From positions 64,009 through 128,008 of IMG/VR virus record IMGVR_UViG_3300008050_008852: DNA of 64,000 bases; one strand, 5' to 3'. Each line of letters opens with the position of its first letter. Within the stretch, counting starts at the first letter, position 1. The notes below the pieces were generated by a model. It saw only the letters and a list, made by a program, of their open reading frames with translations, was not told the origin of the DNA and made no database searches. The translations under genes and the position numbers were made by a program. This stretch comes from a virus. Shown here piece after piece: positions 10,388 through 20,165 of this stretch.

Positions 10388-10950
10388 TGAATAACGAATT
10401 TGTAATCGGCTTAGATGTGTCAACAAGTTGTACTGGCATTTCAATTTTAAGTCTAGATGGTAAAGTAATTAATATTTCGTACTGTAAACCAAAAGGTGAT
10501 ACGTTAGTAGAAAAAACTATTGACTTTAAGCACTTTGTTTGTAATTTTTTGAGTATAAATGGCTTTGGAAAACCTCAACATATATATATTGAACAAAATC
10601 TTCAAAAATTCCGGCGTGGATTTTCGAGTGCTCAAGTTATTAATAAACTTGCAAGATTCAATGGTATGGTTAGCTATGTAATGTTTGAAAATTTTAATGT
10701 GCAACCAGAATATATAAACGTCAATGAAGGTAGAAAAGCTTTGGGTATTAAGGTTCCTCGTGGATCAAACGCTAAAGAGGTTGTCTTTAAGTGGTGTAAG
10801 CACTCATATGCTAATTTAGAGTGGCCAACAAAAAAATTAAAGTCAGGTCCGAGAAAAGGGCTTGTAATCTTAGACACATGTTGTTATGATATGGCAGATG
10901 CCATTGTAACTGCAGCCGCCGGGATTACGTTAGATGAACGAAATAGATGA
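10384..10950 (+). CDS. ruvC: RuvC-like Holliday junction resolvase
   Basis: VIGLDVSTSCTG (RNase H fold motif I), IYIEQ, C-terminal DMADA acidic motif. Confidence 0.8.
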   Translation: MMNNEFVIGLDVSTSCTGISILSLDGKVINISYCKPKGDTLVEKTIDFKHFVCNFLSINGFGKPQHIYIEQNLQKFRRGFSSAQVINKLARFNGMVSYVMFENFNVQPEYINVNEGRKALGIKVPRGSNAKEVVFKWCKHSYANLEWPTKKLKSGPRKGLVILDTCCYDMADAIVTAAAGITLDERNR

Positions 10951-11926
10951 CGAAAAAAGAGTATTTGAGATTAGAGCCAACTTTTTACAGTCCATTTTTG
11001 GTACTGGTGTAAAATCACCGGAGCATTTCGCCGTTTCATGTCCAGCATGTTGTTCTGAAACAGATCGAAAACATAAAAAGAAGCTTTCTATAAGATTGGC
11101 TACTGGTATGCACCATTGTTGGATATGTGGACTAAAAGGTAAGACACTTAAGTATACAATTAAAAAGTATAAACCACAATATTTGTCAGAGTACTGTAGA
11201 ATATTTGAAGAAGAAGATTATAATTCGAAAATTAAGCCTCCAGCAGAAGATGAAGAAATAATAGCAGTACTTCCATCAGGATTTATACCATTAGCTACAT
11301 CTATTCCTTTAGATCCGGATCATATAGCAACAATAAAGTACCTTTTTGCACGACAAATATCTAAGGATGATTTTTATAGATACCGCCTGGGTACCTGCAT
11401 AACCGGTAAGTTTTCACGAAAGGTTATTATGCCATCTTTTGATGTAGATGGCAATTTAAATTATTTTACAGCCAGATCAATTGATTCAGATGGTTCAAAA
11501 AAATACATTAATTCAAAGGTTAAGCGGAAAGACGTAATTTTTAACGAAATAAATATTAGATGGAACAAGCCTCTTACCCTTGTTGAAGGTCCATTTGATT
11601 TAATGAAGTGTAATTGGAATGCAACTGCAATGCTTGGATCATACTTAGATGAAAGTTATCAACTGTTTCAAAAGATAGTTAAAAATTGTACTGAAGTGAT
11701 ATTAGCAATGGATTCAGACGCCAAAGATAAGTGTTCAAAGATAGCACAAAAATTAAAATCTTATGGAATAAATGTAAAATATGTAAATTTGGATAAATTT
11801 AATGATGTAGGTGAGATGACAAAGCTTGAATTTGAAGAAATATTGCGAAACGCAAAACCATGGTCATCGGTGTCATTACTTAATTCAAAAATTAGTAATA
11901 TTAGATCAAGTTCAAATTTTTTTTAA
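10934..11926 (+). CDS. dnaG: DNA primase (Zn-binding domain + Toprim)
   Basis: CPAC..HCWIC Zn finger; FTARS, KYINS, LVEGPFD and AMDSDA Toprim motifs. Confidence 0.85.
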   Translation: MNEIDDEKRVFEIRANFLQSIFGTGVKSPEHFAVSCPACCSETDRKHKKKLSIRLATGMHHCWICGLKGKTLKYTIKKYKPQYLSEYCRIFEEEDYNSKIKPPAEDEEIIAVLPSGFIPLATSIPLDPDHIATIKYLFARQISKDDFYRYRLGTCITGKFSRKVIMPSFDVDGNLNYFTARSIDSDGSKKYINSKVKRKDVIFNEINIRWNKPLTLVEGPFDLMKCNWNATAMLGSYLDESYQLFQKIVKNCTEVILAMDSDAKDKCSKIAQKLKSYGINVKYVNLDKFNDVGEMTKLEFEEILRNAKPWSSVSLLNSKISNIRSSSNFF

Positions 11927-11934
11927 GGGATTAA

Positions 11935-12591
11935 ATGTTAAAAATTGCTCATTTAGCAGATATACATTTTAGAGGTTTATCACGTCATGACGAATACCGT
12001 TATGCGTTTGAACAGTTTTTCGATCAGTGTGATAAGATAAAACCAGATCATATAGTAATTGCTGGTGATATTGTACACTCTAAAACGCATGGTATATCAC
12101 CGGAATTAGTTGACATTTTAACGTGGTGGTTTAAAACCATGGCTTCAATTGCTCCAACACATATTATACTGGGAAATCATGATGGTTTAATGCATAATAA
12201 AAGTAGGCAAGATGCAATTAGCCCAATTGTTAATGCAATTGATTCTAGTAATTTATACCTATATAAGGAATCTGGCAATTATTTAGTTGGTGACGATATT
12301 TGTTTTAATGTATTTTCGTGTTTTGATGAAGATAATTGGGATAAAGTAGTACCAGTACCTGATAGAATTAATATAGCACTTTATCATGGTGCCGTGAAAG
12401 GCAGTGAAATTGAGACAGACTGGATAATTGAAGGTGAGGTTGAAGCAGCTATATTTGATGGTTATGATTTTGCAATGATTGGTGATATTCATAAACGCCA
12501 AACTGTTTCGTCTAGATGGTCTACAAAAGAAATAGATGAAACGGAATTAGAGGGTTATATAGCCTCTGGTTGGGAAATTGTTAATGAGTAA
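11935..12591 (+). CDS. sbcD: SbcD/Mre11 (gp47-like) metallophosphoesterase, N-terminal fragment of a split nuclease
   Basis: Motifs ADIH, AGDI, GNHD, LYHG, GDIHK; the YPGS loop and cap region are in the next ORF. Confidence 0.85.
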   Translation: MLKIAHLADIHFRGLSRHDEYRYAFEQFFDQCDKIKPDHIVIAGDIVHSKTHGISPELVDILTWWFKTMASIAPTHIILGNHDGLMHNKSRQDAISPIVNAIDSSNLYLYKESGNYLVGDDICFNVFSCFDEDNWDKVVPVPDRINIALYHGAVKGSEIETDWIIEGEVEAAIFDGYDFAMIGDIHKRQTVSSRWSTKEIDETELEGYIASGWEIVNE

Positions 12592-12594
12592 TGT

Positions 12595-15168
12595 ATGAGT
12601 AAAATAAAAATACGTAAAAAGCTTGGTCATATAAAATATCCAGGTTCAACAACACAACAAAATTTTGGTGAGTCGATTCAAAAAGGCTGGCTTTTATGGA
12701 AGATTGAGTCTAAGAATAATTTTTCAAGTGAGTTTATTGAACTGAAAAATAATAGCCCGTTTATAACACTCGATTGGTCTGAGATTGATACTAGCAACGA
12801 CAGTAACCATATTATACCTTTTGGTGCCAGAATCCGCTTAAAACACCCTCAAGATATCCCGCGAGCAGAAGTTAAGCAGTTTAAGTCGTTATTAAGAGAG
12901 AAATTTGGGGCATCTGAAATTGTTACAAGGGTTGAGGCCCTTCCAGTAAAAGAAAAGATGAAAATGTCTGATGAACAAGTAATTAATTTTCGTGATTACG
13001 GTGTTTTGTTGGCATTATTTAAAGAATTTCATATTGATAAGCAATATGATGAAGATATGTGGGAGCTTATTGCCTCCAGGTTAAAAAGATATTGTGAGAT
13101 GATTCCAAAGGCAGATTCTGCGCGCGGAACCAAGTGGTCAATTGAAAAAATGACATTTGATAACATGTTTGGTTATGGTGAAGGAAATATTATTAATTTT
13201 GTTGAACTAAGCGGTGTTGTAGGTCTATTTGGTCGAAATAGAGTCGGCAAAAGCTCAATTCCTGGTACAATAAGTTATGGTTTATTCAATACCTCCGATA
13301 GAGGCTCATTAAAGAATCTTCATATTATTAATACTAGAAAAAATTATTGTAAAACTGAAATAGATATCGCAATTGATGGTAAAAAATATAAAATTCAACG
13401 CCAATCGGTCAAGAAGGTATCAAGAAAAAGTTCTATTAGCGCATCAACTCATTTAAACATATTTGAATTAAATGATCAAGGTGAAATTACCAAGGACATA
13501 ACTGGAGAACAACGCCGGGACACAGATGTAGTACTTTCTAAGCTGATCGGTGATAAAGACGATTTCTTTTTAACAACATTTGCCTCTCAAGGTCAAATGA
13601 ATGCTTTTATTCAACAACGCGCCACATCTAGAAAGGCTGTATTGGCTAATTTTCTTGATTTGGCCGTATTTGACACACTTTATGAATTAATACATAAGGA
13701 TGCTAGTTATATTAAATCTAAATTAGCAAAAATTCCTGAACGAAATTGGGGATCAATTATTTCTGATACTGAATGTGATATTATTGAGAATAAAGAACAA
13801 ATACAAGTATTAGAATCAGAGACATCAAGCCTTCAACAACGCTTAAACGGGCTTCGACTTGAATTAAGTGATATTAACCCAAAGAATATTATCACACGTC
13901 ATGAAGTGGTACGAAAAGAAAAAAAATTAAAAGAAATATCCAATAGGTTAATAAACGTTAATACAAAAATTGTTGATATAGAAGAATTAATAACTGATTA
14001 TGATAGAAAGATAAAAAAAGCAGAGTTATTTGAATTATCTTTTCCGCTTGAGGAATTAGAACAAAAGCTTCAGGAACAATGTGTTCTTGAGCGCAATCTA
14101 TTAACAATAAAGCATAAATTAGAATCAGAAAAGAATACACTCAAACGCCAACGTGAATCTGCAAAAATATTAAAGGCTGTTCCTTGTGGCGATGTGTATC
14201 CAACTTGTAAATTTATTAAAAAGTCACATAAAGATGCAAAGATAATTGATGAACAAATTAATAGTGTTAACGAGATTAAAAAGTCAACAAAGATAATTCA
14301 ACAATCGTTTAATAGATTAATTGATCAAAAATTAGGCGATAAAATTAATTCATATCGCAAAATTGTAAAGTCGGCGACTGAAACACGCCTATCAAAAACA
14401 TCGTTAGAATTTGATTTGGCTGCATTACGAAAAGAAAAGAGTGAACTTGAAGAATCAGAAATATTAGTGTCAGATCAATTGGTCGTAATGTCATCACAAT
14501 TAATAACTGAGTCTGATAATCCGGATATTTCCATTTTAACTAAGAAAATTCAGGACCTTGAAGATTCAATTAGGAATAATGACGTTTCTAGATTGTCATT
14601 AAGTGAAAAAAACGGTATTGCAAAAGCAAAATTAGAGCAATTAAAAGAAGAAAAGTCCGATTATGAGTCAACCCTTGGTGATTGGAGAGTTTATGACGCT
14701 TTATTGATGGCTACTAGTAAGCGTGGGGTACCTCTTCATGTACTTAATTCTAGACTTCCAAAAATTAATGCTGAAATTGCAAAAATTTTAGGTGATAGTA
14801 CAAATTTTTCTGTTACACTGGAAGCGCCGATAGATTCTAATGAAATGAATATATACATAGATTATGGTGATTCATCTCGCCCAATTGAATGTGCTTCTGG
14901 CATGGAAAAAATGTTATCGTCATTAGCTATTCGTGTAGCGTTAATAAATATATCTACACTGCCAAAATCAGATATCCTTATAATTGATGAAGGGTTTGGC
15001 TCACTTGACGATAATAATGTAGAAGCTTGTGGAAAATTACTACAGAGTTTAAAAAATTATTTTAAGACAATTTTTATTATTTCGCATGTAGATGCTGTAA
15101 AAGATAGCGTCGATAATTTAATTGAAATAACAAAAAAAGGAGTTGATGCTTATGTTCGTGCAATTTAG
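12595..15168 (+). CDS. sbcC: Fusion of the SbcD/Mre11 C-terminal part with a SbcC/Rad50 (gp46-like) ABC ATPase
   Basis: Begins with YPGSTTQQNFGE; Walker A GRNRVGKSS, Q-loop ASQGQ, coiled coil, signature ASGMEK, Walker B/D-loop LIIDEGFGSLD, IISH. Confidence 0.88.
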   Translation: MSKIKIRKKLGHIKYPGSTTQQNFGESIQKGWLLWKIESKNNFSSEFIELKNNSPFITLDWSEIDTSNDSNHIIPFGARIRLKHPQDIPRAEVKQFKSLLREKFGASEIVTRVEALPVKEKMKMSDEQVINFRDYGVLLALFKEFHIDKQYDEDMWELIASRLKRYCEMIPKADSARGTKWSIEKMTFDNMFGYGEGNIINFVELSGVVGLFGRNRVGKSSIPGTISYGLFNTSDRGSLKNLHIINTRKNYCKTEIDIAIDGKKYKIQRQSVKKVSRKSSISASTHLNIFELNDQGEITKDITGEQRRDTDVVLSKLIGDKDDFFLTTFASQGQMNAFIQQRATSRKAVLANFLDLAVFDTLYELIHKDASYIKSKLAKIPERNWGSIISDTECDIIENKEQIQVLESETSSLQQRLNGLRLELSDINPKNIITRHEVVRKEKKLKEISNRLINVNTKIVDIEELITDYDRKIKKAELFELSFPLEELEQKLQEQCVLERNLLTIKHKLESEKNTLKRQRESAKILKAVPCGDVYPTCKFIKKSHKDAKIIDEQINSVNEIKKSTKIIQQSFNRLIDQKLGDKINSYRKIVKSATETRLSKTSLEFDLAALRKEKSELEESEILVSDQLVVMSSQLITESDNPDISILTKKIQDLEDSIRNNDVSRLSLSEKNGIAKAKLEQLKEEKSDYESTLGDWRVYDALLMATSKRGVPLHVLNSRLPKINAEIAKILGDSTNFSVTLEAPIDSNEMNIYIDYGDSSRPIECASGMEKMLSSLAIRVALINISTLPKSDILIIDEGFGSLDDNNVEACGKLLQSLKNYFKTIFIISHVDAVKDSVDNLIEITKKGVDAYVRAI

Positions 15169-15418
15169 TGATATACGAATTATAAAAGATGAAAATTATC
15201 AAAAGGTACCATTATCATGCGATGTTTGTGATACAATGTTATGTGTTTTTGATATTATGGATTATAAGAAATATGAGTGCTGCGCCAATTGTTCATTGAT
15301 GATTGCTCACCCAAACGCAGAAAAATGGCTTAATGGCTGGCGTCCTTCAAAGAAAGAAATTGATAGAGTGGTAGAAAACCAGAATAATACGCCTATTTAT
15401 ATCATGAGAGGTTTGTAA
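15143..15418 (+). CDS. Small Zn-finger protein
   Basis: CDVC..CCANC, W..GWRP; overlaps both neighbours. Confidence 0.6.
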   Translation: MMLMFVQFSDIRIIKDENYQKVPLSCDVCDTMLCVFDIMDYKKYECCANCSLMIAHPNAEKWLNGWRPSKKEIDRVVENQNNTPIYIMRGL

Positions 15419-15801
15419 TGCTAAATTCAAATGAAGTAAATATTTTGGGGAATATCTTTAATTCCTCATTTGGAAAATCATCACTTACATTTAATTGTAA
15501 GGCACTATTAGAAGATGATAGAATAAAAGTAATGTATAGTACATCAGCAAGTTTCGCTTCAGAGCAAGACATGCATTGGCAACAGGTGCGTTTAAGTGAA
15601 GAATCAACAGCTAGAATTGCTGATTTTATTACAAATGCAAAAAAAGAATTTAAACAAGAATCTGGTGTTGCCTTAAAACTCAACGAAATACTTGATAGGG
15701 ATTCTCTTGAGCTTGTGAATGCGTCAATGAATAACCCTCGACGCGTCTTTGTCTACAGGCGCTTTGCGGAGTTTGAGATATTAAATGGCGCCAAGCAATA
15801 A
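15418..15801 (+). CDS. Hypothetical protein upstream of the terminase
   Basis: GAGG SD; overlaps both neighbours; no motif recognised. Confidence 0.6.
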   Translation: MLNSNEVNILGNIFNSSFGKSSLTFNCKALLEDDRIKVMYSTSASFASEQDMHWQQVRLSEESTARIADFITNAKKEFKQESGVALKLNEILDRDSLELVNASMNNPRRVFVYRRFAEFEILNGAKQ

Positions 15802-17389
15802 AAAGCATCAAGTTCAAGAAATTGTAAAATGTGGTAAAGAGCCTCTATATTTTATAAATAAGTACGTAAAAATACAACATCCTGAACGTGGTACAATATC
15901 ATTTAATACCTATCCATTTCAAGACGACTGTGTAGAAAACTTTATTGATAACCGTTTTAATATAATTGTTAAATCACGTCAGTTAGGCCTATCAACACTT
16001 GTTGCTGCTTATGCGGTTTGGTTGGCTATTTTTTATAAAGACAAAAGTGTTCTTGTTATTGCTACAAAACTAGCGGTTGCTCAAAACTTTATAAAGAAGG
16101 TAAAAGTTGCAATTAAAAGTTTACCACCTTGGTTGATTTTACCTGAAATAACTGGTAACAATAAGCAAAGCGTTGAATTTGGTAATGGCTCAACAATAAA
16201 GGCAATTCCGACGTCTGACGACGCTGGCCGATCCGAGGCTCTTTCACTTTTGATTATTGATGAGGCCGCATTCGTCCGCAACTTTGATGAACTCTGGATG
16301 GGTTTGTACCCCACCTTATCAACTGGTGGTAGGGCTATAGTGCTTTCTACACCAAATGGTGTTGGTGGTCAATATTACGATCTTTATATGAAGGCAGAAA
16401 ATGGTGACAACGATTTTCATGCAACAAAGCTAATATGGGATGTCCATCCAGAACGAGATGATGAGTGGTTTGAAACAGAATGTAAGGCAATGAATGAAAA
16501 GCAAATCGCACAAGAACTATTGTGTGACTTTGCCGCGGCTGGTGATACATTTTTAACTGCTAGAGAAATTGAATACATAAGGAATTGTGTAAAAGCACCG
16601 ATGGATAAATGGGGCTTTGAGAACGCAGTTTGGGTATGGAAATACCCCCTAACTGAACACAAGTATTTAATCAGTGCGGATGTTGCTAGAGGCGACGGTG
16701 CAGATTACTCTACTTTTGTTGTTATTGATATTGCAAACAGTGAAGTTGTTGCGGATTTTAAGGCAAAAATACCACCAGATAATTTTGCCACACTATTAGC
16801 CGAAGCAGGCAGACGCTATAATATGGCTACAGTAATACCTGAAAGTAATACATACGGATATGCCGTATTGATGAAATTACAAGAACTACAATATGAAGCC
16901 ATTTATTTTGCAAAAGAAAAAGATCGTTTTGATGTGATGTATGGTGATGGTAATATTGGAAAAGCAGGCTTTTCTACACAAACGTCTTCTAGATCAAAAA
17001 TATTGACCAAGCTTGAAGAAGTTATTAGAAATAAACAGATTTTGATATATTCGTCAAGAATCTATGAAGAGTTAAAGACGTTTATTTGGAAAGGTACAAA
17101 GCCACAAGCTATGAAGGGTAAAAATGACGATCTTGTAATAGCTTTAGCTATTGGTTGTTGGTTATATGACACTTCGTCGCAATATTCAAAACAAGTGATT
17201 GATTTAAATGCCGCCATGTTAAACGCAATGTCAGTTAATAAAACAGAGGCACCAGAGCAATTAAACGGACAGTTGAAAAAACATCAACACTTAAACCCAT
17301 TTATACCAATTGTTGTATCTGAAGATCAATTTGCTAATGAAGAAGATGAAAAAAATCCATTAACCAATCTCGGTTGGTTGTTAAAATAA
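15785..17389 (+). CDS. terL: Terminase large subunit (T4 gp17-like)
   Basis: YPFQ adenine-binding motif, KSRQLGLST Walker A variant, LIIDEAAF Walker B, STPNG, nuclease ADVARGDGADYS and NDDLVIA. Confidence 0.93.
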   Translation: MAPSNKKHQVQEIVKCGKEPLYFINKYVKIQHPERGTISFNTYPFQDDCVENFIDNRFNIIVKSRQLGLSTLVAAYAVWLAIFYKDKSVLVIATKLAVAQNFIKKVKVAIKSLPPWLILPEITGNNKQSVEFGNGSTIKAIPTSDDAGRSEALSLLIIDEAAFVRNFDELWMGLYPTLSTGGRAIVLSTPNGVGGQYYDLYMKAENGDNDFHATKLIWDVHPERDDEWFETECKAMNEKQIAQELLCDFAAAGDTFLTAREIEYIRNCVKAPMDKWGFENAVWVWKYPLTEHKYLISADVARGDGADYSTFVVIDIANSEVVADFKAKIPPDNFATLLAEAGRRYNMATVIPESNTYGYAVLMKLQELQYEAIYFAKEKDRFDVMYGDGNIGKAGFSTQTSSRSKILTKLEEVIRNKQILIYSSRIYEELKTFIWKGTKPQAMKGKNDDLVIALAIGCWLYDTSSQYSKQVIDLNAAMLNAMSVNKTEAPEQLNGQLKKHQHLNPFIPIVVSEDQFANEEDEKNPLTNLGWLLK

Positions 17390-17416
17390 TATAATTATAA
17401 AATACGGTACACTAAA

Positions 17417-19351
17417 ATGGCAGAAAAAAATACAGGTTTGTTTTCACGTTTGACATCACTTTTTCGTGATGGTCCATCAATAAAACGTCGAGTAAAGTCT
17501 TTTGATGATAAGGCTCCAGCAGGTGCTTCATCACTACAGCAATTTAGACAAGCCCATTCCACCGTATACTCCAGTACAATGAGCGCATATGGTTCTTTTG
17601 ATCGGATGAGTCGCTATAGTGACTTTGCAGAAATGGAAGCGACACCAGAAATTGCATCGGCTCTTGATATTTACTCTGAGGAAACCGTTTCAGCAGACGA
17701 TAAAGGTAATGTCTTACACATTTATTCTGAGAATCGTAAAATTAGAGAATTGTTACAAACATTATTTTATGATACATTAAACGTTGATTTTAATCTTCCA
17801 ATGTGGGTTCGAAATCTTGTAAAATATGGTGATTTCTTTCTTTTTAATGATGTGTCTCCAGAATTTGGCGTAATTGCATGCTATCCAATTCCAATATCTG
17901 AGGTTGAACGAGAAGAAGGGTTTGATTCAAATGATCCAGGTGCAGTTCGTTTTAGATGGATGACTCAAGGTAATCAAATTCTTGAAAATTGGCAGGTATC
18001 TCACTTCCGCCTTCTTGGAAATGACGCCTTTTTACCTTATGGTTCCAGCGTACTAGAATCAGCCAGAAGAATTTGGCGTCAATTAATTTTAATCGAAGAT
18101 GCAATGCTTGTTTATCGCATAATTAGAGCACCTGAACGTCGAGTGTTTTATATTGATGTTGGTAATGTACCTCCAGAAGATGTTGCGACATACTTAGAAC
18201 AAGCAAAAAATTCGTTAAAACGTGAACCGGTTGTTAATAAGGCTGATGGGCGTGTTGATTTACGCTACAATCCGATGTCAGTTGACGAAGACTATTTTCT
18301 TCCCGTTCGCGGAGGCGATTCAGGAACAAAGATCGATACTTTAACCGGCGGTGCAAATACTGCAGCCATTGAAGATGTTGAATATATTCAGAAGAAATTG
18401 TTTGCAGCACTTAAGATTCCAAAGGCCTATCTTGGCTATGATGAAGACATTGGTTCCAAGGCAACATTGGCTCAAGAAGATATTAGGTTCTCTAGATCAA
18501 TTGCAAGAATACAAAGAACAGTGATATCAGAGCTTAATAAACTTGCTATGGTTCACTTATATTCACATGGTTTTACTGGCGATACGTTGATTGATTTTGA
18601 ATTAAAATTATCAAATCCGTCATCAATTGCTCAGCAACAAAAACTTGAATTAATATCTACACGTTTTGACATCGCCGGCAAAGCCCCTGAAGGTTTGGTT
18701 GATAGAAGGTGGATTCAAAAGAATGTAATGCATCTAACTGATGAAGAAATTGAATATATTGCCCAAGGTCGAGTTGATGATAAAGAACTTGATGCCGCTA
18801 TTGAATCTTCTGGTGAAGAAGCCGGCGATGAAGGTGGTGGCGATGATTTTGCCGACGAAGGCGGCGATGAAGGCGGCCTATTCGCTGCAGATCAAACGCT
18901 TGGATCATTATTGATTGGTGATTCTGGTAATATTGATGAAGATGATGAAGAAGAAAATATATCTATTAATGATGATGAAGCTCCAATTAAAATAGATAGA
19001 CAGATTAAAAATGCATTTGGTGAACCAATTAGAAAACGAAAGAATAAATTGGGCCCAGGGTACTTACAGATGCCTGATCTTGCAAATATTACGGGTGTCG
19101 GTTCAACTACACGATCCAGAGACACTAGTAACAAGCCTTTTGAGGCCTTTACAAATGACTTTGCAGATTTGCTTAATGATGATATAGGATTTAAGTCATC
19201 AACCCGACCAAGAATGAGTGCAGATGTTACAAAAACGTTATTAAATCTTGACGATGTAATAAGTAATAAGGTCCGTGTTTTAAGCGAAGATAATAAATTG
19301 GCTGAGGCACTTAACATAAATGACGAGGAAGATCAAAGTGGCACGCCATAA
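17417..19351 (+). CDS. gp20: Portal protein (T4 gp20-like)
   Basis: EDAMLVYRIIRAPERRVFYIDVGNVP, EDYFLPVRGG..TKIDTL, LFAALKIP; acidic C-terminal tail. Confidence 0.93.
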   Translation: MAEKNTGLFSRLTSLFRDGPSIKRRVKSFDDKAPAGASSLQQFRQAHSTVYSSTMSAYGSFDRMSRYSDFAEMEATPEIASALDIYSEETVSADDKGNVLHIYSENRKIRELLQTLFYDTLNVDFNLPMWVRNLVKYGDFFLFNDVSPEFGVIACYPIPISEVEREEGFDSNDPGAVRFRWMTQGNQILENWQVSHFRLLGNDAFLPYGSSVLESARRIWRQLILIEDAMLVYRIIRAPERRVFYIDVGNVPPEDVATYLEQAKNSLKREPVVNKADGRVDLRYNPMSVDEDYFLPVRGGDSGTKIDTLTGGANTAAIEDVEYIQKKLFAALKIPKAYLGYDEDIGSKATLAQEDIRFSRSIARIQRTVISELNKLAMVHLYSHGFTGDTLIDFELKLSNPSSIAQQQKLELISTRFDIAGKAPEGLVDRRWIQKNVMHLTDEEIEYIAQGRVDDKELDAAIESSGEEAGDEGGGDDFADEGGDEGGLFAADQTLGSLLIGDSGNIDEDDEEENISINDDEAPIKIDRQIKNAFGEPIRKRKNKLGPGYLQMPDLANITGVGSTTRSRDTSNKPFEAFTNDFADLLNDDIGFKSSTRPRMSADVTKTLLNLDDVISNKVRVLSEDNKLAEALNINDEEDQSGTP

Positions 19352-20165
19352 TAAGAAGAGGAATGCTGGTCTAATCTATGAATTATTAGTTCAACGATTA
19401 AGCAAAGCAGTAGTAGAAAGTGATAATAAAAAAATAAAAATAACTAAACATATTCTACAAAAACATTTTAAACGTGGATCTGAACTTTATAAAGAATTTA
19501 GATTATTTAATGCCCTCCTCACAACAAATAATATAACTGATCAATTGGCTTATAGAATAATTAATGAAGCAAGAGCAGCCGCTTTAAACCATGATGCCCG
19601 TAAGTTAAATAGAGAAAAATCGTTATTGATTAAAGATATTAATCATATGATAAACGAAACAAGCTTTTATAACAGAAAGATACAAAATTATCAAGTATAT
19701 GCATCTGTTCAACAATTATTAAATAACTGGCGTAGTACAGAACTTGATATTGTAGAAACAGCCCACCATGAAAAAACAGTTCATGATTGGTTATTATGTG
19801 AAAAAAGTGATTTAGTAATTACAGATCAAAAAACAGCCGGCGTAAATGATTTAACTTTATCAATAATGCAAGAGAAGTTTGAATCAAAATATGGTTCTAT
19901 ACTAACAAGCAGACAATTTGATATTCTACACGCGTATTCATCTGGTAACGATATACTACCAATTATAGAATCAACGGTTCAGTCTGCAAGAAAACAGATT
20001 GACAAGTATCTAAAAGCTTCTCCATCTGGATTTTTAAACGAAAGGGTTAGACGCACAAAAGCTATAATACAAGAATATAACTTTACACCATCGTTACTAG
20101 ACGTTTCTAGAGCAATGGCGTTAGAACAATTAATTGATGAATTGACGGAGGTAACAAATGTCTAA
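19320..20165 (+). CDS. Hypothetical head-region protein
   Basis: ORF between portal and protease; basic N-terminus HNKKRNAGLIYELLV. Confidence 0.6.
   Translation: MTRKIKVARHNKKRNAGLIYELLVQRLSKAVVESDNKKIKITKHILQKHFKRGSELYKEFRLFNALLTTNNITDQLAYRIINEARAAALNHDARKLNREKSLLIKDINHMINETSFYNRKIQNYQVYASVQQLLNNWRSTELDIVETAHHEKTVHDWLLCEKSDLVITDQKTAGVNDLTLSIMQEKFESKYGSILTSRQFDILHAYSSGNDILPIIESTVQSARKQIDKYLKASPSGFLNERVRRTKAIIQEYNFTPSLLDVSRAMALEQLIDELTEVTNV

Noticed and set aside
12500-12640. Functional split intein in SbcD
   Set aside because: The insert totals only about 40 aa and lacks block B TxxH and the C-terminal HN-C/S/T; kept only as a possible relic or clasp.
15418-15801. Terminase small subunit
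   Set aside because: Only the position supports it; no gp16-like helical pattern was recognised.
15971-15997. Terminase Walker A lacking the GKT lysine (KSRQLGLST), suggesting inactivation
   Set aside because: Deviant Walker A motifs with an upstream Lys are known in terminases, and all other motifs are intact.
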